A DNA stretch of 27,658 nt from a virus (taxonomy: Duplodnaviria; Caudoviricetes). A model generated the notes under the pieces. That model did not search any database and was not told the origin of the DNA. It saw only the letters and a program-made list of their open reading frames with translations. The stretch is from positions 1 through 27,658 of IMG/VR virus record IMGVR_UViG_3300022177_000075; one strand, written 5' to 3'. Each line of letters starts with the position of its first letter. Positions within the stretch are counted from its first letter, which is position 1. This document shows, in pieces, positions 9,664-17,952 of the stretch. Made by a program: the position numbers and the translations under genes.

Positions 9664-10479
9664 GAAATGCTCTCCTTCGATTAGATTTTTTTCGTCAATC
9701 TGAACGCGGCGCATCAGCACAGCCAGGCGCGCCTGCGCCTGTTGGGTGCCTTGCTCTGCCGCTTCGGGCGCCTGCCCTGGCATCAGATTCGCATCCGTCT
9801 CGACTGTTTCCACGGCTGCCTGGCTGTCCGCCGGGCTGCCGGTGACTTCTTGTTTCAGCTGCTGCAGTTCCTGCAGCGCCGCTTCTTCCAGCTCTTGCAG
9901 CGCCGCTACGATTCCCGTACCTTCCACGGCTGGCACATTCACCGCGCTGGTTTCTTTGCCCACCGGGTTGATGAAGATCAGGTTACAGGTCTGTTCGCCA
10001 TTGGCAGTCTGGTACCTGCGTCCAGCCAGGTGACTGCATGTCGATCCAAAATAGGAGGAATTGCAGATCGAGCAAACGCAGTCGTCATAAAACCAGCCAA
10101 TGGAAAAGCGGTCGATCTTGCCCTCCAGATAATCCATCATGCCGCGCCGGGTGGTCAATCGGATATCCTGCACAAACACACCGTTGTTGAAGCTGCAGGC
10201 GAGAATCGTCCCATCCCGGGCGTCGATGTCTGACACATCGTGATTGCGCAGGAAAGGCCTGCCGGCAAACGATGCCGCAAACCCCGGCAAATCTTCATCT
10301 TTGAACAGGTACGGGTTGCGTATCCTGCCGGTGCCGAACACCTGCGCCGTGAAATCCAGATGTTCCAGCTCGCCGCTCTCGATTTTGGGCAGCAGTTCAG
10401 CCCGCGAGGGCAAATTCAGGGTGTCCACCACCGGCAGAGAGTACAGCGCCGGGAACAGGCTCTTGGTTTTTTCAGGCAT
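9304..10479 (-). CDS. Prohead protease-scaffold fusion (391 aa)
   Basis: GGAGG RBS before ATG 10479; FLRNH, FSIG, CSIC...CSH, ETSAVNVPA protease-like motifs; coiled-coil C-terminus. Confidence 0.8.
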   Translation of the reverse strand: MPEKTKSLFPALYSLPVVDTLNLPSRAELLPKIESGELEHLDFTAQVFGTGRIRNPYLFKDEDLPGFAASFAGRPFLRNHDVSDIDARDGTILACSFNNGVFVQDIRLTTRRGMMDYLEGKIDRFSIGWFYDDCVCSICNSSYFGSTCSHLAGRRYQTANGEQTCNLIFINPVGKETSAVNVPAVEGTGIVAALQELEEAALQELQQLKQEVTGSPADSQAAVETVETDANLMPGQAPEAAEQGTQQAQARLAVLMRRVQIDEKNLIEGEHFMTENLRELKKQRAELIARAREIVSLADQEQRDLTDAERAEFAEILGEGENKGKVAALDVQITRIQDERARLTEAEQSLSERSEAEKPDGSKAEITRAAFEAMSAQERMDYAKKGGKIAE

Positions 10480-12100
10480 AATCATCCTCCAGATAGAAAT
10501 TTTCCAGTTCAAGGTTTAACTTTCCGGGCAGCGATTCTGGCCATTCATCGATCTCGCTTTCCAGTTCGGCTGCCTGTAATTGCCCTACTTGCGCTTTACG
10601 CTCTGCGCTGTAGGCTGCCACGTACTCTCCCAGCCATCCATCTGCACTGCCGCACAGATTCTTCTGCGCCTGTAGAATTGGTTGAAAAATGCGGATCATA
10701 AACTCCGGGTGATCCACTTCATAAAACTGGCTCAGCCACTGCTGAAAGGCTTCAGGCTGCCCCTTGGCCAGAAAGCGCCGTGCAGCGCCGCGCACATCGT
10801 TTGTTTCGCGTTTCACCGCTCGCTGCACCGCGTCATGCCACAGGGGCGCTAACACATTGCGGCGGGCTGGTTGTTGTGGTTGCTCCGTTCCCGTGTTGCG
10901 TGGGGATGAGGTCATGTTCAACGGGGTGAGGTAGATATCGCCGCCCTCGTAAGGATTCATGTTCTCCCGTTCGCGCACTTCGTTGGGGCTCATGATGCCG
11001 TTGGTGATTGCCTGGGCATACGCGCCATAGCGTGTCACCAGGTCGCCGCGCAACAGGTCATCAAACAGGTGTTCCCAATAGCGATTCTTGCGCTCTTCCG
11101 GTAATAAAACCTGCTGCTTGAGCGATTGCTCGATGCGCCGCGTCCACGGGCGCAGGTTGTGGTTTACATAACCCTGTTCCTGGCTGTCGATGCCTGTGCC
11201 CCAGCTGGTCGACTTTTCCACGTCGCCGATCATGTGCGGCGGCACCCGGAAGATGCGTGCAATCTCGGTCACCTGGAATTTGCGAGTTTCTAAAAACTGT
11301 GCGTCTTCAGGTGGCAGCCCGATGGTTTTTAAATCCATGCCTTCTTCCAGAATGTCCGCATTGTGGGCTTTATCCGCCCCCTGGTGATTTTCATTCCACG
11401 ATTTCTTAATGCGGTCGTATGCTTCATCCGACAGGGTTGAAGGGTGCGTCAGCACCACGCCCGGGCGGGCGTCGTTGGCGAAGAACTTCGAGCCGTATTT
11501 CTCGGTCGCCATAGCCAGCCCAATGGCGTTCCTGGCCAGAGCAATGCGGCTGTACCCGATCAGGCCGTCAAAGCCAAAGGCGGGGATGTGTAAAATTTCA
11601 TCCCGAAAGAAGACCCGCTGCTTTCCCTCTGTGGAAATGTAGTCGTAGATCTTCTCACCTTTGACGCGCTTCACCGTCATACGGTCCGGGCGCAGCGGCC
11701 ACATTTCTTCCACGTCCCCGGCTCCGTTGATAATTAATTGCGCATAGAAGTTGCCCCAACCCAGCAGGTGAGCCACCATCAGCTCCCGGAAGATCATACT
11801 GGTGTGTTCCGGGTTGGGCGCGTCGTGTAGTAGGCTGTAATACCGGTTGTCATAGTCCCTGGTCTTGATCCGCCCATCCCGGCGGTACAAGATCAGGGGC
11901 AGGGAGGAGATATCTTCAGCCAGGATGGTGAAAGCCGCCATCACCGCGGTGACCGACAGCGCCACTTCCGGGGTGATCATCTCATTGGCATAACTGGTTT
12001 CGCGCATGCTGCCGCGGCGGCCATAGCTTTCTCGATCCACCGGTTTGCTGGGCGTCCGGGCTGAATTTGTCGCCTGAATATCCGAATGTTTGATCAGCAT
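10472..12100 (-). CDS. Portal protein, HK97 family, with C-terminal extension
   Basis: ISSLPL, LLHDAPN, DAQFLETRKFQVTEIARIFRVPPHMIG, SPNEVRERENMNP. Confidence 0.97.
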   Translation of the reverse strand: MLIKHSDIQATNSARTPSKPVDRESYGRRGSMRETSYANEMITPEVALSVTAVMAAFTILAEDISSLPLILYRRDGRIKTRDYDNRYYSLLHDAPNPEHTSMIFRELMVAHLLGWGNFYAQLIINGAGDVEEMWPLRPDRMTVKRVKGEKIYDYISTEGKQRVFFRDEILHIPAFGFDGLIGYSRIALARNAIGLAMATEKYGSKFFANDARPGVVLTHPSTLSDEAYDRIKKSWNENHQGADKAHNADILEEGMDLKTIGLPPEDAQFLETRKFQVTEIARIFRVPPHMIGDVEKSTSWGTGIDSQEQGYVNHNLRPWTRRIEQSLKQQVLLPEERKNRYWEHLFDDLLRGDLVTRYGAYAQAITNGIMSPNEVRERENMNPYEGGDIYLTPLNMTSSPRNTGTEQPQQPARRNVLAPLWHDAVQRAVKRETNDVRGAARRFLAKGQPEAFQQWLSQFYEVDHPEFMIRIFQPILQAQKNLCGSADGWLGEYVAAYSAERKAQVGQLQAAELESEIDEWPESLPGKLNLELENFYLEDDYA

Positions 12101-12103
12101 GGA

Positions 12104-12313
12104 TTACCTTCTTAGGAAAAGCAGAAGATATGAATTGATTAGGCTGACCAGCGTGATGAAAGTCCCCGCCGCGATCAGCGCAATGGCGAAGGAATAATGA
12201 AGGGTTATACCGATAAACACCATTACCAACCCGGCATAATAGAACAAAATCAAATCAGTATTGCTGCTTTTGATTCGTTCCTGCTTTTCGTTCTCAGGTT
12301 TCTGCTCGCTCAT
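12104..12313 (-). CDS. Small two-TM membrane protein
   Basis: Two hydrophobic helices; common pre-portal gene type. Confidence 0.75.
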   Translation of the reverse strand: MSEQKPENEKQERIKSSNTDLILFYYAGLVMVFIGITLHYSFAIALIAAGTFITLVSLINSYLLLFLRR

Positions 12314-12570
12314 CGGGTCGTCTTTCTCCCTTCCACCACTCGGGCATCATGCGCTGATAATATGGTGTTCATCCGTACCATCTCGGCTGTCAGGCATTTC
12401 AATTCACTGATGGTTGCGCTTCTTTGTTCTTCAAGGAATGCACGCCACTGTTCATCACGCATTTTCAACTCAGTCATGAAGATGGAAATAATCTTCAAGG
12501 TGAACCACACAAAAATTCCAACTAACGGGATTTGAGCTAATAATCCCCACAACGTAGTTTCATTTCCCAT
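12310..12570 (-). CDS. Holin-like protein (one TM plus coiled coil, BhlA/UviB-like layout)
   Basis: LLAQIPLVGIFVWF followed by a charged coil. Confidence 0.55.
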   Translation of the reverse strand: MGNETTLWGLLAQIPLVGIFVWFTLKIISIFMTELKMRDEQWRAFLEEQRSATISELKCLTAEMVRMNTILSAHDARVVEGRKTTR

Positions 12571-12625
12571 AGGTTTTGCCTGAGAGTGATGGGTCTGTCA
12601 TGCCGATTTTCCTCCTGGTGGGATT

Positions 12626-12700
12626 AAACGAAAAACCCGACGCCAATTGGCGTCGGGTGCATCATTTCCGATCAGTTGCCCCGGTCTACACCAGGGCTGC
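12626..12700 (-). promoter_or_regulatory. Late leader RNA element copy 1: hairpin plus intrinsic terminator
   Basis: GCAGCCCTGG TGTAGA CCGGGGC..GGAAATGATGC ACCCGACGCC AATT GGCGTCGGGT TTTTCGTTT; near-identical to 20681-20757. Confidence 0.8.
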
Positions 12701-12715
12701 TCTTTTGTTGACTTT

Positions 12716-12743
12716 ATTATAGTCTCACCCACCTAGTTGTCAA
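12716..12743 (-). promoter_or_regulatory. Consensus sigma70-type promoter for the head/tail unit
   Basis: TTGACA-16 nt-TATAAT, immediately upstream of the leader element. Confidence 0.85.
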
Positions 12744-12954
12744 GCGCATACTCACCGGTGCCATGCAGGCGATCCTTGATATCTTCCAGGGTCTTCAAAA
12801 TATCAACCAGGTCGCCAACCTGTGCCCAATTATGCCCGCCAGTCACGCTCGCGTTGCGGTCGTGCTTTTCCAAGCCTGCTTCAATCTGCTTTAAGGTCTT
12901 CTGGATTTTTCCCTGTTTTTCTTCATATTCTTTAAGTGCGGTTGTGTTTTTCAT
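12733..12954 (-). CDS. Hypothetical 73-aa helical protein
   Basis: AAAGGAG RBS; possible own promoter TTGACT-17-ACTAAT upstream; its last codons overlap the -35 of the next promoter. Confidence 0.8.
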   Translation of the reverse strand: MKNTTALKEYEEKQGKIQKTLKQIEAGLEKHDRNASVTGGHNWAQVGDLVDILKTLEDIKDRLHGTGEYALDN

Positions 12955-13034
12955 GGTTCAATCTCCTTTGTTGTTGACACCATTAGTGCGCGGGTTTCAA
13001 AGGAAGTCAAGCCCCAAGCTAAATATTTCCTAGA

Positions 13035-13077
13035 AATCAAAACATCCTGAAGTATTTCGACTCAGGATGTTTTGATT
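13035..13077. terminator. Bidirectional-type intrinsic terminator after the M23 gene
   Basis: AATCAAAACATCCTGA-11 nt-TCAGGATGTTTTGATT, 16-bp inverted repeat. Confidence 0.75.
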
Positions 13078-13093
13078 ATATTATGATACATTT

Positions 13094-14290
13094 TTACGGT
13101 CGTGCAATACTATCGCAAAGACCCTTAAAATTTGTTACTTTTGCGCAAGGTATAGGCCAATCTGGGTCAGGTGATTGATTCATTGCCAGTCTTGTTTGAT
13201 ATGTTGTATTGGTTAAAGCAGGCCCAGAACCTTCTGTGTCTTTGAATATATAACAATTATCAGTTGCTGTTATTTTATAGCTCCAACTTTTTCCCGGACG
13301 ACTTACAAGTAAATAAATTTTGTTTCCACTTAAATTATCAGCGCATACTTTTACATTAAGTGAATCATAATTGTTCTCAAAATAAATCGAAGACCGCCCA
13401 TTGATAAATGTTGTAGATAAAGTTGGTTCAGGAATAGTAGGAGTAGGTATTATTGGAGTTGATGACGGAATAACTAATGTTAGAGTAGGTGAAGGTTCAA
13501 CCAATTCTGGAGTGGGTGAAAAACCAGGTGTTGGAGTGGGTGTGTAAGTATCAATTGGATTCATTGAAGGATCAATTATTTCTGGTGTCGAAGAAGACGT
13601 GGGTGCTGTTGTTGAGGATGGTGATGTTGTTGGAGTTTCTGTACCTTGTGTAGGTTGGGCTTTTGTTGGTTGTTTGGGGGTTGAAGTTATCACCTTAACA
13701 CAATTAGAAGATTTTAGTTTATCGCCGACCTTTAATTCTCTTGATGGCATTTCAACAAAATACATGGGATACTCATTATTTGTTGCAGTAGTATAGGCAT
13801 TTTTATATTTGCTGACTGATACATGTAAATGGTAGACTCCATTTCCTGTATTTCCTGAAACTGCAATTTTTTGCCCCTGTTTTACTTTATCTCCTTTTTT
13901 TACCGAATAGCTGGCAAGATGCAAATAGGCTGAATAATATCCATCTTTATGGTCAATCAAGACAAAATTTCCACCGCTTTTATCGTAACCGGTTCTTGCG
14001 ACAGTCCCCGATTTCATTGCCAAAACATTAACTTTCTTTACAGAGAAATCTACGGCATGACGTTCATAGCTTTTTGTGTCATTACGATCATGCGTTTTAG
14101 AATCACCGCTAACATTAACAGATTTATCACAATCAAAAGGAAGAGCTAATCCTTTATATGGTGAACGACTTTGTATTGTAGATGCTCGTACAGTAGAAAT
14201 TGGAACGATTATTATTATTATTATCGCTAAGAAAAACAAAAGAAGTGAACTGATTAGATTTCGTGGTTTTTGCTTTTGATCTCGAAACAT
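13094..14290 (-). CDS. Exported/membrane-anchored M23 metallopeptidase (moron)
   Basis: N-terminal hydrophobic segment; H...AVD, GNFVLIDH, YLHL, VKQGQKIAVSGNTG, HLH motifs; Pro/Thr linker; Cys-containing C-terminal domain; visibly AT-rich. Confidence 0.9.
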   Translation of the reverse strand: MFRDQKQKPRNLISSLLLFFLAIIIIIIVPISTVRASTIQSRSPYKGLALPFDCDKSVNVSGDSKTHDRNDTKSYERHAVDFSVKKVNVLAMKSGTVARTGYDKSGGNFVLIDHKDGYYSAYLHLASYSVKKGDKVKQGQKIAVSGNTGNGVYHLHVSVSKYKNAYTTATNNEYPMYFVEMPSRELKVGDKLKSSNCVKVITSTPKQPTKAQPTQGTETPTTSPSSTTAPTSSSTPEIIDPSMNPIDTYTPTPTPGFSPTPELVEPSPTLTLVIPSSTPIIPTPTIPEPTLSTTFINGRSSIYFENNYDSLNVKVCADNLSGNKIYLLVSRPGKSWSYKITATDNCYIFKDTEGSGPALTNTTYQTRLAMNQSPDPDWPIPCAKVTNFKGLCDSIARP

Positions 14291-14362
14291 AACATTCCCT
14301 CCCTATTTTTTATTTTCTGCCTTTTTTATTACAAATTACCCCACATATATGATGTTATTTTT

Positions 14363-14373
14363 ATTTTAGCATA
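14363..14373 (-). promoter_or_regulatory. Extended -10 promoter of the moron
   Basis: TATGCTAAAAT (TRTGnTAnnnT) in an AT-rich intergenic region ~70 nt before the start. Confidence 0.55.
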
Positions 14374-14536
14374 ATTTTTTTTTAGACAAAAAGATTCTTT
14401 ATTTTGTTGAAAATTGATAGTTTTTCAAAAAAATATGTTGCTTTTTGCATCGGAATGATAGAAGTCTCTTTATTTTTTATAATCCTAATTATTGTGATTT
14501 AGAATCAAAAGGTATAGTTCTTTCAATATTGGAAAG

Positions 14537-16234
14537 TTACAACGTCCTGATTCCGCGCTCCTCATAAACGCTCTTCTTGTTGGGGTGCCGCAGTGCCAGG
14601 TCGAGCGCCATGATAAGCGCCACAATGCCATCAATCTTCTCTTTGGATTTTTCCTTATCCGGCTTGATGTTCCCTGCCGGGTCGGTGCGCGCCACAAGGT
14701 TGTCAGCCATCCAGGTCAGCACCGGGTTGTTGCCGTGCCGGATTTTCCCCGCCAGAATTAAGCGCTCCAGCTCCTTCATGGGCGGCGACATGGAGGCAAA
14801 ACCCTGCCCGAACTGCACCATTGTCATGCCCTTGTTTTCCAGCACCTGCACCACGCGCGCCGCGCCCCAGCGGTCAAAGGCAACCTGGTCAATGTCGAAA
14901 TCATCCGCATCTTTCTCCACCTGGTCAAAAATCCAATCGTAGTCAATTACATTCCCCGGTGTGGATTCGATGTATTCCTCTCGCGTCCACACGTCGTAAT
15001 GCGTACCTTCCTGGGTGCGCGCTTCAATGGCGTCTTCCGGCAGCCAGAAGCGGCTCACCACATCGAAGCAACCTTCTTCATCCGGGAAAACAAGCACCAG
15101 GGCGGTAATATCCGAAGTGCTGGAAAGATCCAAACCCGCATAACATTTCTTGCCCTTGAGCCTTTCAGGCAAATGCAGCGCGTCAATCTCGCCGGCGCAC
15201 TTGCCCCAGGCATCCATATTCATCCATTTGGTGACGCCGTGTACCCACACATTTAACTCGCGCCGTAAGAAGTTGGTTTGCGCTGCCGGCATTTGCGCCG
15301 CGCGCCTGGCTTTCATGCGCATGTCATCCCATTTTTTGGAAACGCCCAGGTTCGGGTTGGCTTTTATCCAGCACGATTCATCCCGCCAGTCGTCTCCTTC
15401 ATCGATGGTGTAGATGATTCCAAACCACGAATCATCCACAAAGCTGCCATCCTTCCAGCCTTGCAGCACCTTGCAGGTGTACTCATGCTTTTCATAACAG
15501 ATGCTTTGCCGATCCATGCCTGCCGTGGTGATGATCACAATCAACGGTGATCGTCGGGATCCCGTGGCGGTTTCCAGCAAATCGAGCGTCTCGCGGGTTT
15601 TGTGGGCGTGCAGCTCGTCAACAATCGCTCCGTGCACGTTCAAGCCGTCCAGCGTGTCCGAGTCTGCCCCCAACGGTTCATACTTACTGGAGGTGGCTTC
15701 CATGTGCAGATTGTCTTTGTATATCCGGATGTGTTTTTTCAATCCCGAATTCTTCTTCACCATGCGGATGGCTTCGGTGTGTACGATTCGCGCCTGGTCA
15801 CGCTTGGTAGCGGCTGAATAAACCTCGGCTCCCTGCTCGCCATCGGCAAACGCCAGGAATAAACCGGTTGTAGCACCCCGCGTGCTTTTACCGTTCTTGC
15901 GCGCCACCTCTTCATACTGCGTACGAAAGCGCCGCGTGCCGTCTGCCCGCATCCAACCGAATACATTCCAATCGATAAACTGCTGCCACGGTTCCAACTG
16001 AATAAAGCTGTTTGCCCATTCGCCCTTGGAGTGTTTCAATAGAGAAGTAAACCGGATTTTTCGCTCTGCAGCTTCCCGATCAAAATACAATCCCCGCTCA
16101 TGTCCGTGTTCCAGGTCGTGAAAATAACGCTCGCATGCCAGCCGTACCCAGCGGCAGGCTGTGATTCTCCCCTCGATTACATCAAGCGCATATTGCTCGG
16201 CAGGGTGCAGAACCTGCTTTTTTGCTCGTGCCAT
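14537..16234 (-). CDS. terL: Terminase large subunit (Terminase_1 type)
   Basis: ARKNGKST Walker A, IVDELHAH Walker B, GLDLSSTSD, EKIDGIVA. Confidence 0.97.
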   Translation of the reverse strand: MARAKKQVLHPAEQYALDVIEGRITACRWVRLACERYFHDLEHGHERGLYFDREAAERKIRFTSLLKHSKGEWANSFIQLEPWQQFIDWNVFGWMRADGTRRFRTQYEEVARKNGKSTRGATTGLFLAFADGEQGAEVYSAATKRDQARIVHTEAIRMVKKNSGLKKHIRIYKDNLHMEATSSKYEPLGADSDTLDGLNVHGAIVDELHAHKTRETLDLLETATGSRRSPLIVIITTAGMDRQSICYEKHEYTCKVLQGWKDGSFVDDSWFGIIYTIDEGDDWRDESCWIKANPNLGVSKKWDDMRMKARRAAQMPAAQTNFLRRELNVWVHGVTKWMNMDAWGKCAGEIDALHLPERLKGKKCYAGLDLSSTSDITALVLVFPDEEGCFDVVSRFWLPEDAIEARTQEGTHYDVWTREEYIESTPGNVIDYDWIFDQVEKDADDFDIDQVAFDRWGAARVVQVLENKGMTMVQFGQGFASMSPPMKELERLILAGKIRHGNNPVLTWMADNLVARTDPAGNIKPDKEKSKEKIDGIVALIMALDLALRHPNKKSVYEERGIRTL

Positions 16235-16235
16235 T

Positions 16236-16715
16236 TCATCTGGCTACTTTCACTTTCGTATTACCGAACAACATCTTTTCCAGCTCTTCAGCTTCGGTTG
16301 GCGCTTCGCTCTTCAATCTTGAACGACTGCTGGGGGTCATGCCGAACTCTGCCGCAAACTTCACCATCTGATCCATCGACCGTTTGGATATGGAAAGGTA
16401 AGGGTTCTGCACCTTGTTACCAAAGGTGGTCTCGATCACAGCGCCTTCTTCCTGCAGGTGCTGTTCAGCATCCACCCAGTGACTGTACGCCACGCAATAG
16501 CTGGCCAGCACTGCCCGATCGACCCTGGTCAGCACGCCCATCCCCTGCAGTTCCTTCACCACGCGATTCCACTCAATGGCGGCCGCCCCGTGTAAATGCG
16601 CCGGTCGGCTGGGCAGGCCTTCCCTGGGCTGCGGCTCCTTGTGATTCAAAGCTCGTTTGCCCGGGTTGCCTTCCAGCTCTTTGATTGCCGTGGGTTTGGG
16701 CTTTCTCCCTCGCAT
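16236..16715 (-). CDS. terS: Terminase small subunit, P27 family (copy adjacent to terL)
   Basis: True start MRGRKPKPTAIKELEGNPGKR at 16715 (GGAGG RBS, TAATG overlap); QNPYL and EFGMTPSSRSR motifs. Confidence 0.93.
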   Translation of the reverse strand: MRGRKPKPTAIKELEGNPGKRALNHKEPQPREGLPSRPAHLHGAAAIEWNRVVKELQGMGVLTRVDRAVLASYCVAYSHWVDAEQHLQEEGAVIETTFGNKVQNPYLSISKRSMDQMVKFAAEFGMTPSSRSRLKSEAPTEAEELEKMLFGNTKVKVAR

Positions 16716-17950
16716 TATTCCTCCACAATAGGTGTCAAACCAGTGGCGACAGACCACCGCTCCAGTCCAACTGCCACATAGCGCGGATCGTTTTCCATTG
16801 CCCTGCAGATTCTTCCCAACCTTTCGCATGCCATCAGAGTGGTGCCGCTGCCTGAAAATAAATCCAGCACAATGGCATTTGCTTTGCTGGAGTTGGTGAT
16901 TGACCGCTCCACCAGCTCGAGCGGTTTCATGGTGGGGTGTTCTTCCGACTTCTTGGGGCGGTCGATAAACCAGGTGTCCGACTGCTTGCGGTCCACCACT
17001 TCTTGCAGGCGGGCTGCATCCCCGCGCCATCCATACCACAGCGGTTCATACTGCGTGTGGTAGTCCTTTCGTGAAAGCACCAACTGGTCTTTCACCCACA
17101 CGATGGTGCTTGACCAGTGAAAACCCTTCTCGCGCAGGGTCTGGTCAATTAGCGGCCATTCCTGTGCACCCATGACCAGGTAAACAATGGCGCCTGGTAG
17201 AGAAAATTCCCATAGTTGTTTCACGAAATTTCTCGCGAATTCTTGGAATTTTTCACCCAGGTTGTCATTGTTGATGGTTCGCACCTTGTACCCCTGGGAG
17301 TTTTCAGGAGAGATTCCACCGCCATAATTTACATTCCAGGGTGGGTCAGTCCAAATCATGGCTGCCCGCTCACTGCCCATCAAACGATTCACATCCTCGT
17401 TTGAGGTGGAATCACCGCACAACAAACGATGCTTTCCCAACAGCCACACCTGCCCGGGCTGCACCTGCCATTTTTCCTGCAGCTCGTCGGCTCGCTCCGG
17501 CTCTGCCCCGGGGTCTTCCACTTTCGGCTGGGGTGTCGATGTGATTCCTACCAGGTCGTCCAGTTCGGCTGCCTCAAAACCGGTGTACAGGTCACCCACA
17601 GATCCAGCCAGGTCGCGCAGCACATCTTCATCCCACCGGCTGAACTCTGCCACCCGATTGTCTGCGATTCCGAATGCCGCAGCCGTGGCCGGGTCATCGT
17701 CCACAAACAAAACAGCGATGTGGGACCAACCCAAGGAGACGGCTGCCCGGTAGGTGCCATTACCGGCTTCTATTTTGCCATTCTGCAGCCGGTTGGCCAC
17801 TATGGGTTTACGCTGACCATACTGGCGCAAGCTGGCAGCGATACGATTCACGTCATGCCCTACCCGGGCATTGGCGGGATCCTCGTGCAGCTGGTCAATC
17901 GGAACTGCCAGCACTCTCAATCCTTCTGCGATGAATGAAAGGTCGCTCAT
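16715..17950 (-). CDS. ParB-like N-domain + beta-class DNA methyltransferase (DPPW; probably m6A)
   Basis: Start MSDLSFIAE at 17950; HRLLCGDST, TDPPWNV, HPTMKP, LDLFSGSGTT. Confidence 0.93.
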   Translation of the reverse strand: MSDLSFIAEGLRVLAVPIDQLHEDPANARVGHDVNRIAASLRQYGQRKPIVANRLQNGKIEAGNGTYRAAVSLGWSHIAVLFVDDDPATAAAFGIADNRVAEFSRWDEDVLRDLAGSVGDLYTGFEAAELDDLVGITSTPQPKVEDPGAEPERADELQEKWQVQPGQVWLLGKHRLLCGDSTSNEDVNRLMGSERAAMIWTDPPWNVNYGGGISPENSQGYKVRTINNDNLGEKFQEFARNFVKQLWEFSLPGAIVYLVMGAQEWPLIDQTLREKGFHWSSTIVWVKDQLVLSRKDYHTQYEPLWYGWRGDAARLQEVVDRKQSDTWFIDRPKKSEEHPTMKPLELVERSITNSSKANAIVLDLFSGSGTTLMACERLGRICRAMENDPRYVAVGLERWSVATGLTPIVEE

Positions 17951-17952
17951 GG

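Noticed and set aside
12626-12700. Assignment of the leader to a known riboswitch (c-di-GMP, fluoride, ZTP, preQ1, guanidine)
   Set aside because: The signature sequences I know for those classes are absent; needs cmscan to exclude formally
14485-14697. 70-aa ORF overlapping the terL end
   Set aside because: Out-of-frame overlap with the conserved terL nuclease motif; no RBS
16716-17039. N-terminal extension of terS in the ORF track (and of the MTase to 18064, protease to 10512, ORFs to 21670 and 26549)
   Set aside because: These overlap upstream genes or RNA elements; downstream starts have RBSs and match paralogue or family N-termini
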